In this document: piece by piece, positions 57,986-64,000 of the stretch | How positions within the stretch are numbered: the first letter of the stretch is position 1 | How the letters are laid out: each line of letters starts with the position of its first letter | Assembly (NCBI GenBank): GCA_947630965.1 | Contig: CANRJO010000002.1 | Span: 5,038-69,037, forward strand | Source of the DNA: an uncultured Alphaproteobacteria bacterium | Lineage (GTDB): Bacteria; Pseudomonadota; Alphaproteobacteria; RF32; CAG-239 | Direction: 5' to 3' | DNA: 64,000 bases | Made by a program: the position numbers and the translations under genes | The notes under the pieces: model-generated | Databases searched by the model: none | What the model was told of the DNA's origin: nothing | Seen by the model: the letters and a program-made list of their open reading frames with translations, nothing else

Positions 57986-59605
57986 CTAGGTTATAACGTC
58001 TGCCTTGGCTTTGCCCGTGCGCGCTTTCACTTCCGCAATTTCAAAGGCAACTTCGGCAAGGCGTTCTAACATTTTTTTCGGTTCGGCATCAAAGTTTGAT
58101 TTTTCAAAAACTTCTAAATAGACTCGAAGTGTAGCGCCGTTTGTGCCTGTGCCTGAAAGGCGATAAACAATCCGTGCGCCGTTTTCAAACCAAGCAATTA
58201 AGCCGTTTTTAGTGCTTGAGCCGTCCACGGGGTCGTGATAAATGAAGGCGCCTGCCTCGGAAACTTTGTAACCATCAAAATCTTTGCCTTTTAAGGTTGG
58301 GAGTTTTGTTTCTAAATCTGCCATCAGCTTATCGGCGACAGTTGTGTCAATGCCCTCAAAGTCAAAGCGCAAATAATAGCTGCGACCATATTTTTTCCAA
58401 AAATCGCGGACGACTTCTTCCACCGTTTTGCCCGTAACGGCTAAAATATTGAGCCAGAATAAAACCGCCCAAATGCCGTCTTTTTCACGAATGTGGCTTG
58501 AGCCTGCGCCAAAACTTTCTTCCCCACAAAATGTGATGCGCTTAGAATCCATTAAATTACAAAAATATTTCCAGCCTGTCGGCACTTCATAGCAATCCAC
58601 ATTTAAAGCTTTTGCCACACGGCAAACCGCCGTTGAGGTTGCCGCCGATTTTGCCACACCGTGAATGCCGTTTTTATAAGCCGGGATGAGTTTGTAATTA
58701 TCTGTCAAAAGCGCTAAATTATCACTCGGGGTTACAAAAAATTTGCGTCCCAAAATCATATTACGATCGCCGTCGCCGTCATTTGCCGCTCCGAAATCTG
58801 GTGCGTGATCAGAATACATTAAATCAACGAGCTCTTTGGCATAAATCAGGTTCGGATCAGGGTGAAGCCCGCCGAAATCAGGCTTTGGCGTAAAGTTTTT
58901 GACAGAGCCTTTGGGCGCGCCCAAAATTTCTTCAAAAATGCGAATCGCATAAGGACCCGTGACGGCGTTCATCGCGTCAAAGCACATGGTAAAGCCTGAT
59001 TTGAAAAGTTTTTTGATGGCCTCAAAGTCAAAAATGTTTTGCATCATTTCAACATAATCAACAATCGGGTCAATGATTTCAATTTCCATGTTGCCGAGTT
59101 TTTGCATGCCGATGTTTTTCAAGTTAACATCGGGCGCGTCTTCAATCTTAAAAGATGAGATTTCTTTGCTTTTGGCATAAATTGCATCGCTGATTTGCGA
59201 GGAGCATTGTCCGCCGCTCTTGGTGGCGTATTTGATGCCAAAATCGCCTTTTTCGCCACCAGGGTTATGCGAGGCGGAAAGCACCAAGCCACCGTCGGCA
59301 TGATTTTTGAGCAAAACGTTGGAGCTTGCCGGTGTGGACATATAGCCGTTTTGTCCGATGATGAGTTTTTTCATGCCGTTTGCCGCGGCAATTTTGATGA
59401 TTTTTTGAATGGCAATATCGTTATAAAAACGACCGTCACCGCCAATCACAAAAGTTTGTCCTTTCACGCCGCCAATGGCGTCAAACAGGCTTTGGATAAA
59501 GTTTTCAATATAATTTGGGCGCACAACGTCCGTTACTTTTTTTCTGATGCCGGCGGTGCCCATTTTTTGATCGGTATAGGGGGTTGTTTGAACTGTTTTT
59601 ATCAT
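57986..59605 (-). CDS. pgm: Phosphoglucomutase (alpha-D-glucose phosphate-specific)
   Basis: Active-site loop SASHNPGGEKGDFGIKY, metal-binding GDGDGDRN, and a sugar-binding region. 539 aa. Confidence 0.9.
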   Translation of the reverse strand: MIKTVQTTPYTDQKMGTAGIRKKVTDVVRPNYIENFIQSLFDAIGGVKGQTFVIGGDGRFYNDIAIQKIIKIAAANGMKKLIIGQNGYMSTPASSNVLLKNHADGGLVLSASHNPGGEKGDFGIKYATKSGGQCSSQISDAIYAKSKEISSFKIEDAPDVNLKNIGMQKLGNMEIEIIDPIVDYVEMMQNIFDFEAIKKLFKSGFTMCFDAMNAVTGPYAIRIFEEILGAPKGSVKNFTPKPDFGGLHPDPNLIYAKELVDLMYSDHAPDFGAANDGDGDRNMILGRKFFVTPSDNLALLTDNYKLIPAYKNGIHGVAKSAATSTAVCRVAKALNVDCYEVPTGWKYFCNLMDSKRITFCGEESFGAGSSHIREKDGIWAVLFWLNILAVTGKTVEEVVRDFWKKYGRSYYLRFDFEGIDTTVADKLMADLETKLPTLKGKDFDGYKVSEAGAFIYHDPVDGSSTKNGLIAWFENGARIVYRLSGTGTNGATLRVYLEVFEKSNFDAEPKKMLERLAEVAFEIAEVKARTGKAKADVIT

Positions 59606-59675
59606 GCGTTCATCTCCTTTAAATATTTTTATAGATCTTATTTAACCCCAAAACATTCGAGGCGTAAAGTAAAAT

Positions 59676-60350
59676 TTATTTGTTCTGCCAAATAAAATCA
59701 GTTATTTTTTTCAAATCACGCCGGGCGTACAAATCTGGCATTTTGAAAAGACTTTCTAGACTTTTTATGTCTTTATCCATAACCGTAATGCCTGTTTTTA
59801 AGCCTGTTTCAAATTCCGCCCGATGTGGCAAACGTGGCGCCACTTCAAAGCCTGCGAATCGACCTGTTTTTTGGAGCTGTTGCTCTTCGGCCGAGGAAAA
59901 ATCATCATTCGGGACAACCACCCAACGAAAGGCGTTTTTCCCCATGGCGGCACGGCGCTTTTTGGCATCCCAAACCAATGATGCAAATGATGCCTTTGCC
60001 TCACTTAAGGCGCTCAAGCCGCTTTTGCCCTTCACGGGTGTGATAAGCACATCTGCCTCAGGGAAAAAATTGGGATCGGGCGCGTCTAAAATGACGGCAT
60101 CAAAATGAGAAAGGTTGTTTGTTAGCTCCGTTTTGGTCAAGCTATGATAAGCGGGCACAAAAAGATTGTAATTTTTGCTCAAATTCAGATGATAGCGCGC
60201 TGCAATAAACGCCGCTAAAGGGCTTTTTTCCGCCGCCGAATCGAAGAGCGCGGTTTTATAATCTTTGCAAAGCATAACACTTAAATGCGCGCTTAAAAGC
60301 GTTTTGCCCGATTGCGCATTTAAGCTGCTAATGACAATTACTTGAGCCAT
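59676..60350 (-). CDS. P-loop ATPase, ParA/MinD-superfamily-like with a deviant Walker A
   Basis: Start set at MAQVIVISSLNAQSGKTLLSAHL (AQSGKT P-loop). ~225 aa. No obvious partner gene. Confidence 0.45.
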   Translation of the reverse strand: MAQVIVISSLNAQSGKTLLSAHLSVMLCKDYKTALFDSAAEKSPLAAFIAARYHLNLSKNYNLFVPAYHSLTKTELTNNLSHFDAVILDAPDPNFFPEADVLITPVKGKSGLSALSEAKASFASLVWDAKKRRAAMGKNAFRWVVVPNDDFSSAEEQQLQKTGRFAGFEVAPRLPHRAEFETGLKTGITVMDKDIKSLESLFKMPDLYARRDLKKITDFIWQNK

Positions 60351-60351
60351 A

Positions 60352-61515
60352 TTACCTCTGCGCGTAAGTCCGCGGTTTTTGAGACGCAATCACAACGCAT
60401 GTTTGCCCCTGCTTTTTAAGCCAAGAGCAAGCTTTTTGCGCATTGCTTTTGTTCAAACCCGCCAGTTTTGCCCGATAAACAACACCTTTTTTAAGCGAGA
60501 CTTTTTCAACACTCACCTGACTTGCGCTAATTTTGCCCGAAAGCTTGCGTTTGTTGTTTTCCGCCACTTCTTTTGCCGCGGCATAAGTGTTGAATGCACC
60601 CATTTGAATGCTCCAATCGCCCGCCACAACTTTGGCTTTTTTATTTGTTTTGGCTTTGGGCGCGAGTTTTAAGGCACTGTTGATTTCAGCGGCTAAAACT
60701 TTCGGGTTGATTGTGTCGGTCTGTTCCATTTTTTCTAGAGCTTTATCCATCATGGCATAAACCTTTTGGTCACGATCTTTGGCCTTTTTGTGTCCCATCG
60801 TCACGGCAATCACGCGATGATTGCCCCGCTTTGCCGAAGTCACAATATTAAAGCCCGCCGCTGCGGTATAACCCGTTTTCATGCCGTCAGCGCCCGCAAA
60901 TTCTTCTAAAATCGGGTTATGCGCGGAAATCGTTTTGCCCTGAAATTCAAACGAGCGAATCGAGAACCAAGCGTAATATTGCGGAAAATGATGATATAAC
61001 GCCGCCGCCAAAATTGCCATATCGCGCGCGGTGGTTTTTTGCGCACGGTTCGGCAAACCCGAGGCGTTTTTGAAAGTGGTGTTTTTCATGCCCAATTTAT
61101 GCGCCGTTTCCGTCATTAGGCGTGCAAATTCACGCTCGTCTTTTGCTAAAGCCTCGCTCAAAACAGAGGCGCAATCATTGGCTGATTTGATGATGGTGCC
61201 TAAAATCGCCGTGCGGACATCAATCGTCTTGCCAGGGGTTAAGCCTAAACGCGAGGGCGAACGACCCGCCGCCGTGTAAGAGATTTTGAGATTGTCATCC
61301 AAGGAAAGCTTACCCTTTTCTAAAGCATCAAACGTGATGTAAAGAGTCATGAGTTTCGTTAAAGACGCCGGATAACGCAAAGTATCGGCATTGTCCGAAT
61401 ATAAGACGCTACCGCTACCGGCATCTATGATAATGGACGAAACCGCCGCCTCAGCAGGTGCGTATTTTAATAAAAATAAGGCAAAAGCCGCTAATATATA
61501 AATTATTTTCTTCAT
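60352..61515 (-). CDS. dacA: D-alanyl-D-alanine carboxypeptidase (PBP5/6 class) with a C-terminal SPOR domain
   Basis: Signal peptide, then SLTKLMT (SxxK), SANDCA (SxN) and KTGYT (KTG). C-terminal SPOR-like segment …WSIQMGAFNTYAAAKEVAE…GVVYRAKLAGL…. Confidence 0.8.
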   Translation of the reverse strand: MKKIIYILAAFALFLLKYAPAEAAVSSIIIDAGSGSVLYSDNADTLRYPASLTKLMTLYITFDALEKGKLSLDDNLKISYTAAGRSPSRLGLTPGKTIDVRTAILGTIIKSANDCASVLSEALAKDEREFARLMTETAHKLGMKNTTFKNASGLPNRAQKTTARDMAILAAALYHHFPQYYAWFSIRSFEFQGKTISAHNPILEEFAGADGMKTGYTAAAGFNIVTSAKRGNHRVIAVTMGHKKAKDRDQKVYAMMDKALEKMEQTDTINPKVLAAEINSALKLAPKAKTNKKAKVVAGDWSIQMGAFNTYAAAKEVAENNKRKLSGKISASQVSVEKVSLKKGVVYRAKLAGLNKSNAQKACSWLKKQGQTCVVIASQKPRTYAQR

Positions 61516-61660
61516 TTTTTCTCAAAACTTTTTTCGTTGCAATTAACTTTTATTTTAACCCGTAAATCGCCAATAAATTGTTAATATCATAAATATTTTT
61601 GAAGTTTGAATTTTTTTATTGACTTTCAACAATAAACTTTGTACAAACGCTTTAATCCGT

Positions 61661-61737
61661 GGCGGACGTAGCTCAGTTGGTAGAGCCCCGGTTTGTGGTA
61701 CCGGTTGTCGTGAGTTCGAGCCTCATCGTCCGCCCCA
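61661..61737 (+). tRNA. tRNA-His (anticodon GTG) with an encoded G-1 and an encoded 3' CCA
   Basis: Cloverleaf: extra 5' G, acceptor GCGGACG/CGTCCGC, D-arm GCTC-AGTTGGTA-GAGC, anticodon arm CCGGT-TTGTGGT-ACCGG, T-arm GTGAG-TTCGAGC-CTCAT, discriminator C plus CCA. Confidence 0.85.
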
Positions 61738-61770
61738 GATTATTTTTTTTGTTTTTTAAAAACATCCTTT

Positions 61771-61846
61771 GGGGCTGTAGCTCAGTTGGGAGAGCGACAG
61801 GTTCGCAATCTGTAGGTCGTGGGTTCGATCCCCATCAGCTCCACCA
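61771..61846 (+). tRNA. tRNA-Ala (anticodon CGC) with a G3:U70 pair and an encoded CCA
   Basis: Acceptor GGGGCTG/CAGCTCC with G3:T70, D-arm GCTC-AGTTGGGA-GAGC, anticodon loop TTCGCAA, T-arm GTGGG-TTCGATC-CCCAT, discriminator A plus CCA. Confidence 0.85.
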
Positions 61847-61880
61847 ATCCTAAAACACGTATAGCAGCGCATCTAGCGCA

Positions 61881-61953
61881 ATTTTTTGCTCAAAAGTGTC
61901 CTCACGTACGTCTATGTACGCTGCGGTACTTTTGAGCAAAAAATCACGCTATC
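61881..61953. repeat. Palindromic repeat element A copy, just after tRNA-Ala
   Basis: aattttttgctcaaaagtgtcctcacgtacg…cgtacgctgcggtacttttgagcaaaaaatcacgct. Confidence 0.75.
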
Positions 61954-62030
61954 TACACTACTCTCCGTGTTTTATATTTTCTATTACATTTGCGGACATT
62001 TTTTATCTGGTGTTCGCTGTGGGGGTCTAG

Positions 62031-62215
62031 CTCATAAGTGTTGCCTACTGTGGCAACACTAACTCGCTTCGGTCACCGCTCTGTAACGCTTGCAGCGGCG
62101 CCTGCCGGCACCTCGCAAGCTAACAATCGCGTAATCTCACCTAAAAAACAACAATTACTTTTGTTGTTTTTTAGGCTCTTCTTGCTCCGTAAGCTCTAGC
62201 AATCCTAAAATAAAA
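62031..62215. repeat. Repeat element B copy
   Basis: …aactcgcttcggtcaccgctctgtaacgcttgc…cctcgcaagctaacaatcgcgt…caattacttttgttgtttt… is related to 6370-6630. Confidence 0.7.
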
Positions 62216-62363
62216 CTTTCACGTTTTTGTGAAAGCCTTTATTTTATCCATAAAGTAAATTTTTCCCTAATCTATCCCTAATTTTGTGGAGCTGATACCT
62301 GTTCTATGGTAATTTTATTATAAAAACCGCCTGTATGAATATGGGCGTTTTTTTAATGGTGCA

Positions 62364-62458
62364 ATTTAAAGGTACCTTAAAAATTTGGGGTTGTCAAGCT
62401 CTAAAACCCGCAGTTTCGCGTTGGTTAATCTGTTGCATTTAAAGGTACCTTTAAATTG
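62364..62458. promoter_or_regulatory. GGTACC-box element (two palindromic boxes flanking TTGTCAAGCTCTAAAACCCGCAG) upstream of the second Cys-rich gene
   Basis: atttaaaggtaccttaaaaatttggggttgtcaagctctaaaacccgcagtttcgcgttggttaatctgttgcatttaaaggtacctttaaattg. Same orientation relative to its gene as the 34084-34175 copy. Confidence 0.5.
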
Positions 62459-62490
62459 ATGCGTCAGGAAAGGAGTGAAACACACTCCAT

Positions 62491-62601
62491 ACGTCACTCT
62501 GAGCCATAGGCGAAGAGTCCAGGACAACAAATTAGCTATATTTTCTCCTGGATCCTTCGCGAATGCCCTTCAGGCAAAGCTCAGGATGACGGACGGAGAG
62601 G
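62491..62601. repeat. Type F plus type D small palindromic elements, immediately upstream of the Cys-rich gene
   Basis: acgtcactctgagccataggcgaagagtccaggacaac (F) followed by cctggatccttcgcgaatgcccttcaggcaaagctcaggatgacggacggagagg (D variant with an internal insertion). Confidence 0.7.
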
Positions 62602-62622
62602 AACGAAAAAGAGGAGTATAAA

Positions 62623-63846
62623 ATGCAATATGTGTTGATTTTGTTGGGTGTGATGTTTGCGAATGTGGCAAATGCGATGGATTGTGAGAAGGTGCCTGAT
62701 TGTGAAAGCTTGGGTTATTCCACCAAAGATGACCCAAATTGTGCGAATGATGGCTATATGTACTGTCCGTTTGATCAGGATTATAAGGTGTGCGTGCAGT
62801 ACAATTGCGCTGCCTTAGGTTTTACGGAATCGGACAAAACGTCTTGGTGTGCAGACCTCATCAAATGCAAGGGCAACGAAAAAATGACACTTTGTCAAAA
62901 ACCATGTTTTGCAACCAATTATACTAGCCTGAAAGAACTTGCGGAATCGGGAGATTGTAAAGTCACAACTGTGCAGGGCGATATCACTATCCCCGAAAAC
63001 CAAAGTGTCACTCTTGCAGAAAACACTGTCATCGATGGCGGAGGTCATACACTTTATACATCGGGAAATCAAAAAGACTTAACCGTTTTTTCCATGGGTA
63101 ACAACACAGGTTTGAAAAACCTTAAACTAAAACATACACAAAAAGAGACGCAAGATGGTTATTCTCTCTTGTTCTCTTTAGCTCCCGACGATGTCATTTC
63201 TCTTGAAAACGTGGATATTACTGTTAATTCAGACAATGTGGAAGATGTGCGCGCGCCTGTTATTGGCAATGGTATTTATAATATCCATGGAAAATTTGCA
63301 CTTACTCTAGACTCAAGGATTCGACTTATCGCTTTCCAATTTAATACCATGAATTTCACGGATGCACAGGTTTCCATTATTACTCAGGGAACGGAAACTG
63401 GTAACGCTGATATGGCGGAGGGTTCAACGTTAACGTTTACAAACTCTACAGTGGAGGTGAGTGTTGATGGCTCCACTTTTACAAAAAACGGAACTGCAAC
63501 CTTTATAAACAGTCAAGCAAACATTAGCGCAGCTGCTCTTTTCTTTGGAGATACAACAGAGAATCATGAAATCTTCTTAGATAAATCTAGCCTTACAAGC
63601 AAGACGACTTATCGTATCAGCAACCACATTCAAAAAAGCATTACCCTCAAGGGAACAGGCGAACAGCCCTCTATTTTAGAAATGACATATAATAAGCCGG
63701 ATACGGATGTTCCGACCAATATTGTGGCGACAAACACAACGGATAAAGTGATTCTTAACGGTATTACCTATCGTCCGAAACAGGCAGGAATGACTAAACT
63801 TTCGGAAATAGGTAGCTCGAAAAACTGGGAAAAGGTTTTACAATAA
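62623..63846 (+). CDS. Secreted cysteine-rich/beta-helix-like protein (paralog of 32849-34054)
   Basis: Signal peptide MQYVLILLGVMFANVANA. Cys module DCEKVPDCESLGYS…NCANDGYMYCPFD… about 70% identical to its paralog over the first 150 aa, then divergent. AAGAGGAG RBS upstream. Confidence 0.55.
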   Translation: MQYVLILLGVMFANVANAMDCEKVPDCESLGYSTKDDPNCANDGYMYCPFDQDYKVCVQYNCAALGFTESDKTSWCADLIKCKGNEKMTLCQKPCFATNYTSLKELAESGDCKVTTVQGDITIPENQSVTLAENTVIDGGGHTLYTSGNQKDLTVFSMGNNTGLKNLKLKHTQKETQDGYSLLFSLAPDDVISLENVDITVNSDNVEDVRAPVIGNGIYNIHGKFALTLDSRIRLIAFQFNTMNFTDAQVSIITQGTETGNADMAEGSTLTFTNSTVEVSVDGSTFTKNGTATFINSQANISAAALFFGDTTENHEIFLDKSSLTSKTTYRISNHIQKSITLKGTGEQPSILEMTYNKPDTDVPTNIVATNTTDKVILNGITYRPKQAGMTKLSEIGSSKNWEKVLQ

Positions 63847-63905
63847 GCATTTTTCTCTTTATCTACATCTAACGCCGCATTACTGCGGCGTTTTTTAATG
63901 GTGCA

Positions 63906-64000
63906 ATTTAAAGGTACCTTAAAAAAATGGGGTTGTCAAGCTCTAAAACCCGCAGTTTTGCGTTGGTTAATCCGTTGCATTTTAAGGTACCTTTAAATTG
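63906..64000. promoter_or_regulatory. Third full copy of the GGTACC-box element, downstream of the Cys-rich gene at the window edge
   Basis: atttaaaggtaccttaaaaaaatggggttgtcaagctctaaaacccgcagttttgcgttggttaatccgttgcattttaaggtacctttaaattg, same orientation as 62364-62458. Confidence 0.5.

Noticed and set aside
59195-59695. 166-aa + strand ORF overlapping pgm
   Set aside because: Antisense to phosphoglucomutase, which has intact catalytic motifs. No supporting signals.

Overview
This 64 kb window is mostly chromosomal housekeeping sequence from a Gram-negative genome that looks alphaproteobacterial. The evidence for that is gene content and order: secY-adk-rpsM-rpsK-rpoA, tolQRA, mreBCD-mrdA-rodA, hdaA next to a CckA-like hybrid kinase, a truncated hprK, and a chvG/chvI-like two-component pair. 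The intergenic DNA is unusually rich in small palindromic repeat elements, at least six families, each present in 2 to 5 copies.

Core genes identified: an EnvZ/OmpR-type two-component system, pgsA, uvrC, apaG, cvpA, radA, mlaFE, tsaE, a Bat-like aerotolerance operon, tolQRA, rnd, aspS, rpoA/rpsK/rpsM/adk/secY, ftsK, fabD/fabG, rodA/mrdA/mreDCB, hdaA, a cckA-like kinase, pgm, and a dacA-like D-Ala-D-Ala carboxypeptidase carrying a SPOR domain. Two tRNA genes, His-GTG and Ala-CGC, lie near the 3' end of the window.

Accessory content is interleaved with these genes. (1) A family of four secreted cysteine-rich proteins shares an N-terminal Cys module. One member is a 906-aa mosaic of novel Cys repeats. 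The genes are bracketed by repeated GGTACC-centred palindromic boxes. (2) A three-gene tandem array encodes 33-aa NGWY-repeat proteins. (3) A tandemly duplicated ~550-bp unit carries a small HTH-like gene in each copy. (4) Two outer-membrane beta-barrel or autotransporter genes carry a nearly identical ~300-nt structured 5' leader. These leaders and the duplicated HTH genes share a hairpin-plus-U-tract motif just upstream of the RBS, which looks like a leader attenuator. (5) An orphan HigA-like antitoxin and an orphan type IV pilin-like gene.

The ribosomal-protein/secY block is cut out of its usual S10-spc-alpha context and flanked on both sides by these accessory loci. No CRISPR array, integrase or transposase was recognised.
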